Virus record (IMG/VR): IMGVR_UViG_3300027804_000049
Coordinates: 32,001-96,000 of that record
DNA from: a virus
Length of the DNA stretch: 64,000 bases
Direction: 5' to 3' (one strand)
Below are positions 28,201-37,594 of the stretch, piece by piece (position 1 is the first letter of the stretch; each line of letters opens with the position of its first letter). The translations under genes and the position numbers were made by a program. Under the pieces are notes generated by a model that searched no databases, was not told where the DNA came from, and was given only the letters and a program-made list of their open reading frames with translations.

Positions 28201-30402
28201 TAATACATCATTTGTATTGATGCCTTGTAATTGAAGTGCGTCACGAATTCCTTCGACTGGAACTTCGTATGTTCCTGTGTCGAGATTATCTGGATTATAG
28301 ATTAAAAATACAGATCCTGATCCGTCTGTAATTGCAATCTCAAATTGCTCAAGCAAATCTGCTGTAATAAACTCTCGCGCGATGTACTCTGGATTGTCAG
28401 AGTATCCATTTTCATCCAAGTCCGCAACGCTTGGCTCATACGGATTAGGATCAATAGCATAGTAGTCAGTGTTACCACCAAAATCATTTGGAATATTGTA
28501 AATTAACTCACCTGGAAGAGGGCTTTGCTCGCCTGCGCTGTCATCTCTCTCTAGAGGGTTTGCTGCCTTTTGCTCTATCTCTTCTGGTGTTGATGATTCC
28601 TTAATTTGAGAGATTTCTTCAAATATGTCATCAATTAACGCTTGTTCATCTGGGTCTGGTTTTCCGCCCGCTGCGTCATGTAACTTGTTTAGGTTGTTGC
28701 GATTCCCATTAACTGCGTCATAAGCATTTGCAATAACGCGATTAGGATCTCCACCTGCTAAAAATATTGCGTTATATAAAGCTTCAGCTGGAACAAATTC
28801 GTCACCTTTATTAAATTCTAGCTGTCCTGCCCCGCTACCATTTGCGCGTCCTGCAGCAGGGGCAGGAGAGTCGACAACATCATCAACTTCTTCAAGTTCT
28901 AGTAACTCACCGTCATCGCCAATGCTTGACTCAATAATTTCGTTAAAAATCGCATCGTCTCTGTCGCCAATTAACGCTTGAGTAAGCGCGACACTGAGTT
29001 GAGGAAGTGTGTACTTCACCGCTAGACGGTCTGGGTCGTCTGTAAAGTCTGTTGATTCTTCGTCAACGCGACCATCAGGCTCAAAGTCAACTGTGCGTAA
29101 TTGAAATGCGCCGCTAGGAACATCAAACTCATTGAAAAGTGCAGGAGCATTAGGTGCGCTAAGATTTTGTGGAATTACAGCTTTAGGCTCTCCATCTTGA
29201 GCTTTAACACTTTCCTTAAACTTGTCATAGTCAGGCGAGTCCTTCTCTGCAAGAGATTGTGCCTCTGCCCATGATTCAACATCTCCAACCTTGTCACCAG
29301 TATTTCCGTCCTTATCAAGACGATGAAGTGCAAAGCCAGACTCATTTGGAATTAGCTTATAATCATCATCAGATGTGAAAGACCCATCGTCCTGTTTTGT
29401 CCATCCTGTAGGCGCATCAACCTTTGTCTTAAGTAGGTCGTCAAGAGTTGGAATATCTTTAGAGGAAGCTTCCTTTGCGGTTGGCTTACGGGTTGATGGC
29501 TCTCTACTTATCTTTTCTCTCTTTAAAGTTTCTTTTGATATACGCGCCTTAACTGGAGTGGCATTAGCGCTTTCAATCGAGTAAATTCCGTCTGGTATCG
29601 TGTTATCTCCACGAACTTCAATATAACCTGCATTAACTATTTCCTTACCTTCAAATATTGAATATCCACTATTAGCATTTATACCAACAAAATTTCCTGC
29701 CGCATTTCCAATATCTCCATTAGGAAGTCTAAAGTTAAAGTTAAGTCCTCGACCCATTTCGACCCAACGTCCATAACGGTCACGCCACTGCAATGCAACA
29801 CGCGCACGACGGGCCACACTTGAGTTTCCACTTGAAAAACCAAATGCAGCTACTAAAGTTTTAATTGGACTATCATCAATCTTAAAGAATGAAGAAACCG
29901 CTCCTGCCAGTGTAACGCGTAAGCGAGCAAATGCGTGGCGACGTTGAATTGATCCTGGCTCAAGCGAGTGAGCGGTTGCAATTAAAGGACGAACTGAGTT
30001 ATCAATAGACGGATCTGACGAAAGCCATTGAGCGTATCTTTCTTGAGCAATATCACTTGATGCAGTTACATTTAATAAGGACCTAGGGTGGCCAATTGGT
30101 AGTAGGTCAATATTAGATGAATACTCGTATGCCTTAAACGTATCTTGATGTGCTGTAATAAACTTTGCAACCTCGCGAAGTACGCCAAGCTCGCGTGACT
30201 TATCTGACAACGATGAAAGACTGGCATTTGCGCGATTCATAACTGTAAGCGCATTGCGAGGAATAACTCGACGCTCAATTGGAGTGTTCTTATTTGCCTC
30301 TGCTACAAGAGATAAAACCTTTTTACGAAGAGATAAAGGTTTATATCCCTTTGGGTAGATTGCCTTACGATCTACCATCTTACTTATTAACTCTTCGTAC
30401 AT
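25213..30402 (-). CDS. Large multidomain head-module protein with SH3-like, GNAT-like acetyltransferase and C-terminal PI3/4-kinase/HipA-like kinase domains
   Basis: GFATAF...E.WY...GIKKVEVYA...GGFVWALSGFNW (GNAT-like); FYVK...ELEAS...DMLGNNQDRHDGNWMV...IFPVDN (kinase catalytic loop DRHxxN). Confidence 0.65.
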   Translation of the reverse strand: MYEELISKMVDRKAIYPKGYKPLSLRKKVLSLVAEANKNTPIERRVIPRNALTVMNRANASLSSLSDKSRELGVLREVAKFITAHQDTFKAYEYSSNIDLLPIGHPRSLLNVTASSDIAQERYAQWLSSDPSIDNSVRPLIATAHSLEPGSIQRRHAFARLRVTLAGAVSSFFKIDDSPIKTLVAAFGFSSGNSSVARRARVALQWRDRYGRWVEMGRGLNFNFRLPNGDIGNAAGNFVGINANSGYSIFEGKEIVNAGYIEVRGDNTIPDGIYSIESANATPVKARISKETLKREKISREPSTRKPTAKEASSKDIPTLDDLLKTKVDAPTGWTKQDDGSFTSDDDYKLIPNESGFALHRLDKDGNTGDKVGDVESWAEAQSLAEKDSPDYDKFKESVKAQDGEPKAVIPQNLSAPNAPALFNEFDVPSGAFQLRTVDFEPDGRVDEESTDFTDDPDRLAVKYTLPQLSVALTQALIGDRDDAIFNEIIESSIGDDGELLELEEVDDVVDSPAPAAGRANGSGAGQLEFNKGDEFVPAEALYNAIFLAGGDPNRVIANAYDAVNGNRNNLNKLHDAAGGKPDPDEQALIDDIFEEISQIKESSTPEEIEQKAANPLERDDSAGEQSPLPGELIYNIPNDFGGNTDYYAIDPNPYEPSVADLDENGYSDNPEYIAREFITADLLEQFEIAITDGSGSVFLIYNPDNLDTGTYEVPVEGIRDALQLQGINTNDVLERISRESNDFEEAPEPAQVPESPQVANMFNDNIDAIKDFYDIGNDLFPSGINVISYLPSDGSLAYVDPWEDLYIARDGSITKLTVSQDWFSDPRGAGQAGWRDLTPQERESIYQTNVDAEEKEEETPATPEPEAPAAPAAPAAPQYVYPGPKEPGYSPNNTTRDRDGAVVGKGARVKALKDGQVGTVVAVQNDPEYLRIRFDDGSTAVRSASKVLAISDASGKAPTVVEAESQPSARDVQERLDAPVAAPPRIARSGETAGVNDDSTIPDYIKDRTNKDAVQSDFSAWGSRDAEIAKAANERISLKSLEEQVSTFSRILNEGDAAASREAKDRLTEIVGDIYGVREGVTFGGELFSLSINNLSTNVTPLSGATEEEIANGRFDYTINTSMVVRDVSGTAVGEIQRYLVVKKKVDENGNVVIADSYAKNQYLRVGRKKTGFATAFNRYTENWYIANGIKKVEVYAAGGREYQGGFVWALSGFNWKNSAEIINMSDFRRQVRNKEEESDVEILVEKLKAAKLPNGEYDMSRVPTPMEFARVGWRPGANDWLGKRVLISESWNGTKNLEPTAKEQVQAANNSQIGNAEKRVKSKQNIPNVSSDGIAVIESDAFRNSPQVSPYYSQIRDVIRNNRSLATLSPSAKNALNDYISQQILDKDRSMPLDDVFRLREGLTNEYIADHGYSDPFNSAEVLSQLRVQDFFDDVGGSGTKLKDSGFSARQLSGVESGVNATFEVTHIASGQVFYVKNDNFVSNFSDTDAGVTELEASILLKAAGMQGIHDVRVGRNDRNMVVMSRAGSVIPLVNEAVNASTAFRKGVKNARGEDVNVSNPVTFVTSLDAPEDLIRMSILDMLGNNQDRHDGNWMVAFDQVTNKLRIFPVDNTVGELKKDTTSIEEYFQGGTIQEADVYLEHIPVMLRRIGQEGMIKIYKNETDKIVRNLNNPLYQPKGFEMDKIIEKWGTYDAFKDAMTARLKSLTTKGTNEYKALENVMDLEYWD

Positions 30403-31811
30403 TAGCTATATTTTTTCTTTGGAAGCAGATCTGCATCTTGCGAGTCATAAAGATCTGTTGCAAGTTCATATGCTCTACTAAATGGAACGTCTCCGTCACG
30501 AACACCGCGTAGCCATGCACCGCGCAACGCAGGAATTATCTCGTAGCCAAGACCGGAGTACTCTGCCATCGAGTAAATTGCATGCTCTGGAGAACCGTAT
30601 TCATCAAGTGACTTTAATGCAACCTGCATAAGCTCATGCTGCATCATTGAAGCCTCTGCCCTTGAGGACTTTGGATGTGCCTTTGGTAAAAGATCATTGT
30701 CCTGCTTGTAATTTGGATTTGCAGGAGACCCTGAGCGTAAAAGTTTTAGAAACGCGTTAACGCGAGCCATGGCCCAGCCGTCGCGAGTCATGCCTGGTCT
30801 ATGGCTAGATGAAAATGCGCCTGACCCTCTGCGATACACTGCCTTTAACATTGGTAACGTTGCCTTACGTCCTGGCTTTGCGTTCTTGTTGTGCTCTACT
30901 ATCTTTTTACGAAGTGAATTTTCTGTTTTTTGTGAGAATACAATTTTCTTTCCACCTGAGGCTGATCCCTTTGGATTTTTCTTTGATCCGTAGATGCGGT
31001 CTTTTTTAGGAGCGCGGCGCGATGCTGCAAGTGAGCTGTCCGCTGCATCAACAGGAACACAGTTTGGAACCATGTTTCCGTTCTTGCCCTTCTTCATTCC
31101 GACTTGCTTGTATCCGTCCCAACAAGGGCTCTTTCCAGCTGCAATTAAGGCGTTGTACTCTTCGTATGAGCTTAGATCATCAAATGCCTCATTAAAGGCA
31201 TCAACGCTTGCCGTATCTTTACTGCCTGCGGTAACAACTCCGTCAGGAATCAACGCGAAGCGGCAGTAGCCTTCTGGCTCAACCTCGGCGGCAATAATCT
31301 TACACTCGCTGCCGCCAACATATAAAATACAGTTGGCGCACTTAACGCCAATCTCCTTGTTTTCATTATTAGCGGCAGATTCATATCCTGCCCAAACACC
31401 TGTGTCATCAGAGTTAAACTTTCCATATTTTTGAGTAATTTCAATAAGCGCGTCGGCAAGATCTTGCTCCTCAGGAACAACAATTCCTGCAGCTAATAAA
31501 GCGTCCTCCTGCTCAATCTTAAATGTTTCATACATCTCGTCGCGAGCGTGATCGTCGTAGTCTTCGCTATACACGTTTATCGACTTCATACGCATTGGAC
31601 ACATACATGTAATTGGGCAAGGGCATTGACCTGACGGACAATTTTCGCATGAACAGTCGTTTTCATCGCAGTAAAGGCAGTCATCAACAGCTGCCTGTTC
31701 GTCCATATCAGACGAGTCTTCATTTATCTTTGAATAAAGATCTGCCATACGTAGCAAAAGCTCAGCTGCTTCTTGCTTGGTGTTATCGTCATGCATTTGG
31801 AGGTACCTCAT
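30402..31811 (-). CDS. Modular head-module protein with a metallothionein-like Cys tract, a HiPIP-like domain and further small modules
   Basis: CLYCDENDCSCENCPSGQCPCPITCMC; CANCILY...C...GYCRF; PCWDGYKQVGMK...PNCVP; LKAVYRRGSGAF...WAMARVNAFL. Confidence 0.6.
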   Translation of the reverse strand: MRYLQMHDDNTKQEAAELLLRMADLYSKINEDSSDMDEQAAVDDCLYCDENDCSCENCPSGQCPCPITCMCPMRMKSINVYSEDYDDHARDEMYETFKIEQEDALLAAGIVVPEEQDLADALIEITQKYGKFNSDDTGVWAGYESAANNENKEIGVKCANCILYVGGSECKIIAAEVEPEGYCRFALIPDGVVTAGSKDTASVDAFNEAFDDLSSYEEYNALIAAGKSPCWDGYKQVGMKKGKNGNMVPNCVPVDAADSSLAASRRAPKKDRIYGSKKNPKGSASGGKKIVFSQKTENSLRKKIVEHNKNAKPGRKATLPMLKAVYRRGSGAFSSSHRPGMTRDGWAMARVNAFLKLLRSGSPANPNYKQDNDLLPKAHPKSSRAEASMMQHELMQVALKSLDEYGSPEHAIYSMAEYSGLGYEIIPALRGAWLRGVRDGDVPFSRAYELATDLYDSQDADLLPKKKYS

Positions 31812-33480
31812 TTGGGGGAGTTGCTTGCTCTGGTGTTGCTGGTGTTGCTGGTGTTTGTTGTGCTGCCTGCTCTAAGATTTGTTCAATCTCTGGTGGAACT
31901 GGCGCTATGGATTGTGCCTGTTGAACTTCGCGAAGCTTATTCATAAGTTCAGGTGATACTGCACTTATCATCTGCTCGGTAAGCTCTGGTGATATTGAAC
32001 CCTTTTCTATCAAAAGACGAAGTGCTAGTTCCTTTGACTCTGGAGCATCAGAGCTTGCAAAACCGTGAGCGCGTCTCCAGGCATCAAATGAAACTGCCAT
32101 GCGATCAAACCCGGAGTCTGCGTCTGCAGCTCTATCATTACGTGTTGCAACTTGAGATGGGTCATACCAGAGACAGACGCGCTTAACGTCTTCCTCTCTA
32201 AAACCTGCAGAGATGAGCGCGGGACGAAGATACATAACTGTCAACGCGTCAACAATGATAAGCATCATTGGCTCAATGTGCGCCTTATATAGTGCCTCAT
32301 CAATTTGTAAGGCATTGGAGTATTTAACGTTGGCTAAACCTGTAACAACATCCTTTGGCACGTCTAGACCTTGAAGGATACGCTCTAACACACGGTCAGC
32401 GCGTTGCGCAAGTGATGGGTCAAACGATCTTTCAAACTTAAACTGCTTGATTCTGTCACCAAGCTCTGCAGGACCGCGAATGATAAGAGGAACAACTGCG
32501 GATGCAGAATCCTCGTCACGAATTGGAGTAGTCATTGCATCAATGAGTTGATCTTCAAACTCGTCAGCTGCCTCCTCGGCAGTCATGCCAGGACTTAACT
32601 CGTTCTCATCATCATAAGGATAATCTGGGTCTGGACTTGCTGCAACTGAAAGTCCATCTGGCAAATAAAGAGCGCCAGCGTTAAGTCGTGAGCGTGCGGT
32701 TGCTCTAAAGGTACGATTTAGAAGTAGAAGCTCTGCGCAAAGATCGAGTAGACCGCGCATGCTCGAATCTGCTTCCTCGGAGTAACGTGGGTGAGCTCTC
32801 CAAATGCGTCCAACAAAACTTGTATTTGGAAGCTTTAATGCGGCAGCTGCGTTTTTGCCGCCTGATGTAACAACGTCACGACGTGGAATTATTAGATATT
32901 GATTACGTGCATCAACTTGAAGCTCGTCTGTTGAGCGAATATCCCAGCTTTCAGGAACACCCGTTCCTTTACGTGCAGGGAATTGAACAAGATAGCACTC
33001 ACCTGAAACCGATAGGTTTAGGGCTGCATCTCGTAATAGTCCAGCCTGTCCGCCGTATGCAGAGTCTAATCGCGCTAACGCGCGCTCTGCAGCAGCAGCT
33101 AATCTCTGATCAACAACATCACTGTTGTTTACAGGGACAGGCGACTCCGCGGGATTATCAACCGCGGCTGCATAAAGACGAATACGTGAAACAACTGATG
33201 CAACAAGGTTAAATGCATACTTAACTTCGCCAATGGCGTCATAGTACTCCCAGGCTTCACTCTGCCAATCAGAGGATCCGCCTGTTCTACGTTGCTTAAA
33301 TCTTTCAACCTCGCCCTTATCATTTATGGCGATTTGTACTGCCGCTGCAGTTATAGGTCGCGGAGCAGAGTATGGTAATGATTGCGCGTATGACATATCA
33401 GAAATGACAACGGGAGTTGTTACATTACGTTGTGGTCTTTGATTACGAGGAGGAAATTCCTCGCGACGAAAAATTGCCAC
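31789..33480 (-). CDS. Portal protein
   Basis: WQSEAWEYYDAIGEV, NLSVSGECYL, RIWRAHPR...ADS and SASAVVPLII motifs of actinophage portals; position after terminase. Confidence 0.85.
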   Translation of the reverse strand: MAIFRREEFPPRNQRPQRNVTTPVVISDMSYAQSLPYSAPRPITAAAVQIAINDKGEVERFKQRRTGGSSDWQSEAWEYYDAIGEVKYAFNLVASVVSRIRLYAAAVDNPAESPVPVNNSDVVDQRLAAAAERALARLDSAYGGQAGLLRDAALNLSVSGECYLVQFPARKGTGVPESWDIRSTDELQVDARNQYLIIPRRDVVTSGGKNAAAALKLPNTSFVGRIWRAHPRYSEEADSSMRGLLDLCAELLLLNRTFRATARSRLNAGALYLPDGLSVAASPDPDYPYDDENELSPGMTAEEAADEFEDQLIDAMTTPIRDEDSASAVVPLIIRGPAELGDRIKQFKFERSFDPSLAQRADRVLERILQGLDVPKDVVTGLANVKYSNALQIDEALYKAHIEPMMLIIVDALTVMYLRPALISAGFREEDVKRVCLWYDPSQVATRNDRAADADSGFDRMAVSFDAWRRAHGFASSDAPESKELALRLLIEKGSISPELTEQMISAVSPELMNKLREVQQAQSIAPVPPEIEQILEQAAQQTPATPATPEQATPPNEVPPNA

Positions 33481-33521
33481 TTATAAAACTCCTGTCATTA
33501 AGATAACGGAACGCATTAACA

Positions 33522-33833
33522 TTACCTGTCAAGTCGTGCGGTTATTAAGCCTGCTAGCGCAGACAGGGCAAATATACACCCTATTAGGAATACCGTACTT
33601 GGAAAAAACGCGTAAAAAACCATAGTTGGAAGTGCGATCCAAAGGGATATACACCACTCACAGGTAAACAGGTATCCGATTGAGCTTGAGTGCGCAGGTT
33701 TCTTACTAAAGACCCAGTCACGCACGGGTTCGAATATTGTGTCAATTATTACCAGGCGCGTTAGGCGATAAACCAAGAGCGCAAGCACGACGAAGTGAAG
33801 GGCTGACATATTTTCTATTTCATATAGGTTCAT
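33522..33833 (-). CDS. Membrane protein (DUF1360-like)
   Basis: YRLTRLV..DTIF.P.R and LFTCEWCISLW motifs; hydrophobic helices. Confidence 0.65.
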   Translation of the reverse strand: MNLYEIENMSALHFVVLALLVYRLTRLVIIDTIFEPVRDWVFSKKPAHSSSIGYLFTCEWCISLWIALPTMVFYAFFPSTVFLIGCIFALSALAGLITARLDR

Positions 33834-34213
33834 GATGTTGGGTCCTTTATTGAGTCCATTGTTTTATAAGGGCTAAATGACCGTAGGCGACTGCCACAGG
33901 TACATCCTTGCACGTGCTTAAATGCAACTATCTTCCCAGATACGGTAAGCGCCTGGGAGTCAAGTTTTTTATCTCCGGACCAGTTTAGATCCGCGAGTCG
34001 TTCTGAGAATATAAGGCGAGGTCCTCCTGAGGCGTCTGCCGCAACAACAAGGACCATGCTTGAATCATCCTGCATAACTATCGTTCTTACTCTCTCAAGA
34101 TAGCGGCCTCCGTTTGGAACCTTACTTGAGGTTGTTGCTTCCTTAAAATCTTCCATTACGTTTGCGGGGATTGCAACTATCGTGGATGGAAAGAAGTCAT
34201 GGATAATCTTCAT
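33830..34213 (-). CDS. Hypothetical protein
   Basis: 127 aa with C-terminal GCTCGSRLRSF; ATGA overlaps with neighbours. Confidence 0.55.
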   Translation of the reverse strand: MKIIHDFFPSTIVAIPANVMEDFKEATTSSKVPNGGRYLERVRTIVMQDDSSMVLVVAADASGGPRLIFSERLADLNWSGDKKLDSQALTVSGKIVAFKHVQGCTCGSRLRSFSPYKTMDSIKDPTS

Positions 34214-34698
34214 ACTGTAAGCGCCCGATCTACTCTACGTTTCATTGCTCGATAGGTAACGCCTGAGACGCGGGCGAGCTCTGAGACCGTGACTCCCTTT
34301 AGGTATAGGTTCTTGGCGAGACTTGAAAGTTCGTGATTGGCATTAAATGAGGCTGAGGCTGGTGACGTGCGGGAACGATAACGTCTTGCCAGCGGTGATA
34401 ATCTTGCGATGCGTAACTGCTCATCAATTGGGATTCCTGGACTCTTAGGACGAATACGTCTTATACGTGGCGCCTTAAGAGGCACGTGGGGAATAGGTGA
34501 GATTGAGGTTTGATTCTTTACGTTGCGAACTGCCCAGGAACGTATAGTTGATCGCGTCTTTATGGGAGTAAAGGCATTTGCAATTGATTGATATGACCAG
34601 CCTACTGCAACAAGCTCTTGAACTCTAAAACACAAGGCGTCCTTTGTAAGTGTTATGAGCAGATCTCTCTCGCTTTTAGGCAGTAGCGGTGCGGCCAT
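34210..34698 (-). CDS. Double helix-turn-helix DNA-binding protein
   Basis: GWSYQSIANA and GVTVSELARVSGVTYRAMKRRV; resembles 43397..44056. Confidence 0.65.
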   Translation of the reverse strand: MAAPLLPKSERDLLITLTKDALCFRVQELVAVGWSYQSIANAFTPIKTRSTIRSWAVRNVKNQTSISPIPHVPLKAPRIRRIRPKSPGIPIDEQLRIARLSPLARRYRSRTSPASASFNANHELSSLAKNLYLKGVTVSELARVSGVTYRAMKRRVDRALTV

Positions 34699-34756
34699 GG
34701 AGTTACCTTAACACGCGCTCGTCAAAGCGTGTACAAACTGCTCGGTGTTTTGTACT

Positions 34757-36163
34757 TTATCGTACACGAAACCCACCTTTTCCTCCGCGAAAGGAAGGAA
34801 GCTTTCTTGAGGCAAGAGACTTTGCAGTTATATGTCCGCCAAGGAATCCTGCAGGAGGCTTAATAAGAAGCGCGGTTAATGCGTGAACAAGTGCATCAAC
34901 TCGATCTGGAGATCTTGATGTTTCACCAGGGATCCAGGTTGTCATCTGACTCTCAAGCTCTGGAAGATAGTTAATATGGTGAACACGATTTTGCTCGTAG
35001 GCAAGAGTCACTGGCTCTGCACGTAGTGCCTTGCCATACTTTGAGTGAACCTCTAATACCTTTACGTTTGGGTCAATGGTATTTATTGCATTACGAACTA
35101 AGGCGCCACCTTGATTTACTTCCGCTACAACGGGGCAACCCCACTTGCGTGCCATTTGCACAACCTTGTTTGCCCAAACATCAGGAGATCCGTGAACTGT
35201 TGCGTCCTCAAGGATCCAGGAGTTACGCTTGTATAAATCGCGCTCGCCTGTTGATGCGCAAACAACAATTCCGCACTCATCGCGCGGATTCTCTGCAACC
35301 GATGGGTCAACGCCAATTACGCGTAGTGGAGCTCCAATTGGAAGTTGCGTCTCACGACCGCGATCTATAAGTTCAATTGTCCAAAGAGCTCCTTCAATAT
35401 CTGAAAGCATCTCTCCGTAGAGTTCCTGTTGCGCAAGACGTGTTCCTTCATATACACCCATAATTGCACTTATATATGACTCAGATAGGTTTCCACGGTT
35501 ATCCATGGTTGAGCCTTTGGTAACGATTACCTTGTCTGGCTGCTTCTTACTTTCATTTATAAGTTGATATAGAAGTGGAACGCGCTTAGGTGTCGTCGTG
35601 ATTAAGATCTTTGGCTTTAACCCAAGACGTGTACCAACGCGTAAGTTATCAAACGCAGTCATACCTGCCGCGTCGGGAGTTTGACGCCAGGCGGCAACCT
35701 CATCACCCCAGGCATGCGTGAATTGAGGACCGCGAAGCGAGTCAGGCTCGTCTGCTGTGAAGAGCGTTGCGGTGTTTCCATTAGGCCAAGTAAGACGACG
35801 CTTTGAAGGTTCGTAGTGCGGGCGCTCGCTTGGTGGCGTGATATTTATGATTCCTGATTCGCCTTCTACGATAACGTCACGAACGTCTGCGGCGGTACGC
35901 GCAACGAGCGCGAAGCGAAGTTGTCCTTTATTCGTATACCTTGCCTGCTCTCTTACCCACTCTGCTGCAAGGCGCGTCTTACCAAAACCGCGACCTGCAA
36001 GTACAAGCCAGATGTTCCAGTCATCACCTACGGGAGACTGCTGCTCAGGACGACCCCAAAACGACCAGTCCCAAGGAAGGGTCTCTTGATCAAGTCCACT
36101 TAATATCGCATCACGTTCCTCCTCGGAAAGTATTGCGATCTGCTCGGCTATGCTTTTGCCCAT
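34757..36163 (-). CDS. terL: Terminase large subunit
   Basis: Walker A AGRGFGKT, Walker B WGDE, TTTP coupling motif, RNase H-like GVDP and SPDRVDA; probable leaderless ATG at 36163. Confidence 0.95.
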   Translation of the reverse strand: MGKSIAEQIAILSEEERDAILSGLDQETLPWDWSFWGRPEQQSPVGDDWNIWLVLAGRGFGKTRLAAEWVREQARYTNKGQLRFALVARTAADVRDVIVEGESGIINITPPSERPHYEPSKRRLTWPNGNTATLFTADEPDSLRGPQFTHAWGDEVAAWRQTPDAAGMTAFDNLRVGTRLGLKPKILITTTPKRVPLLYQLINESKKQPDKVIVTKGSTMDNRGNLSESYISAIMGVYEGTRLAQQELYGEMLSDIEGALWTIELIDRGRETQLPIGAPLRVIGVDPSVAENPRDECGIVVCASTGERDLYKRNSWILEDATVHGSPDVWANKVVQMARKWGCPVVAEVNQGGALVRNAINTIDPNVKVLEVHSKYGKALRAEPVTLAYEQNRVHHINYLPELESQMTTWIPGETSRSPDRVDALVHALTALLIKPPAGFLGGHITAKSLASRKLPSFRGGKGGFRVR

Positions 36164-36428
36164 GTACAAATAGTACAATAAGATGCGCTTATTGATTTGT
36201 GTACAAAAACGCAGATTCAGTACCTTAAGGTTAAGTGCCTTGGACGTGAGAAAGCGCCCTGCATTACGGGAGCGCTTTGCGAAAACGTCTCCAACATTTT
36301 TTACAATTTTTCATATTTTTCTGTTTTCTGTCAAGAGCATAAGGCATTGCCTCTACAAAAAATTGTTTTGTAGATTGTTCCAAAGGTATAGTTGCTTGCT
36401 TATTAGTTGCTTTGTCTTAGAAATACTT

Positions 36429-36459
36429 CAGGCTAGCACCTTTGTAAGATGCTAGCCTG
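36429..36459 (-). terminator. Intrinsic terminator-like hairpin
   Basis: CAGGCTAGCA/TGCTAGCCTG 10-bp stem after 36477..36992. Confidence 0.6.
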
Positions 36460-36476
36460 TGACTAGTAGATGTATG

Positions 36477-36992
36477 TTAGTTCAAGTTAATCTCTACGTT
36501 GTTGTCACCTTCAAACAACTTGGTGAATGTGTCAGCGTCAACGTTGCCAGTTGCATTAAGTCCTTTGTCAACCTGGAACTTAGTGACTGCTAGTTTTGTA
36601 AGATCACCTAGCCAGCCATCACGATCTGCGTACGCTTCGTTGTAGCCAAGCTCAACAAGGCGACGTTGTACGTGATGAACGGTTAAGCTCTTACGTGCAA
36701 ACTTGTTCTTGTAGACACAGTTGCTGAGAAACACTGAGTCCTTTTCACCAGAGGAAACAACGTGGTGTGAACTTGCCTTAGGCTTATTAACCTTTGGCTG
36801 TTCAACAACTTCTACCGCAACCGCAGGTTCAGGTTCAGGTTCAGGTTCAGGTTCAGGTTCAGGAACTACAACTACAACAGGTTCAGGTTCAGGTTCAGGT
36901 ACTACTTCTACTGAAGTTGGTTCTACCTCAACAGGAGCTGGTGCCGCAGCATCAACTTCTAGCTCAGTAGGTTGAATGTTTTCTTCGCTCAT
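36477..36992 (-). CDS. Peptidoglycan-binding domain protein with a (PE)n linker
   Basis: VQRRLVELGY...DGWLGDLTKLAVTKFQ...GLNATGNVD (PG_binding_1 pattern); (GGTTCA)n repeats at about 36826-36900. Confidence 0.75.
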   Translation of the reverse strand: MSEENIQPTELEVDAAAPAPVEVEPTSVEVVPEPEPEPVVVVVPEPEPEPEPEPEPAVAVEVVEQPKVNKPKASSHHVVSSGEKDSVFLSNCVYKNKFARKSLTVHHVQRRLVELGYNEAYADRDGWLGDLTKLAVTKFQVDKGLNATGNVDADTFTKLFEGDNNVEINLN

Positions 36993-37018
36993 GGATTTAA
37001 TATAATCCTATCTCGTGA

Positions 37019-37582
37019 TTATGACTTAGGGAACAGCGGCAGCCACTTGGTTATTGAAGGCTCCTCCGCACTACCGTCATAGGCATTTGGTCCTAGTCCC
37101 CATGAGCCCCAGTCAGTTCCACCTTTTGTCATGTGGAATGTAACCTTTGCATTAGTTACTGGGTCAAACAGGTCTGTGTTAGCCGCAAGGTTAAACTTCT
37201 CACGACGATCTACACCAAGGCTTCCAATCATGTTGACCTGGAATATGCCGTATGAATTGTCGCCTGTTCTCACATTGTCATTGTGAGCTATAGGTCGACC
37301 ATTACTCTCCCGCATGGCAACTGCCCATGCTAGCTTTAGGGCTTGGCCCTTGAAGCCTACCGCACGAAGTAGCTCTATAAGCTCGTCCTGCGTTAGCTTC
37401 CTTACGCCCTCTAATCTTTCAAGAGGGTTTCCCTTTACAAGCTCGTACTTATGAGCTGGTATTGGTGTTTGTGCGTATTGTACCGTCGCATTTGATGACA
37501 AGGCTGTCACCGCAAAGATACCGATTGTTAGTGCTGTTATATAGGCTACGGACGTCATTGCTAGTCCACGTAAAGTGAGCAA
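37019..37582 (-). CDS. Secreted/membrane-anchored lysozyme-like transglycosylase
   Basis: N-terminal hydrophobic segment; AVAMRESNG (catalytic Glu), SYGIFQVN, NAKV...W.SW; AAGGAGG RBS. Confidence 0.8.
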   Translation of the reverse strand: MLTLRGLAMTSVAYITALTIGIFAVTALSSNATVQYAQTPIPAHKYELVKGNPLERLEGVRKLTQDELIELLRAVGFKGQALKLAWAVAMRESNGRPIAHNDNVRTGDNSYGIFQVNMIGSLGVDRREKFNLAANTDLFDPVTNAKVTFHMTKGGTDWGSWGLGPNAYDGSAEEPSITKWLPLFPKS

Positions 37583-37594
37583 CGCTAGTTCGCC

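Noticed and set aside
36180-36470. ORF 36183..36455 or a cos site upstream of terminase
   Set aside because: AT-rich intergenic DNA with scattered TGTACAAA words; no convincing coding signal or defined cos structure.
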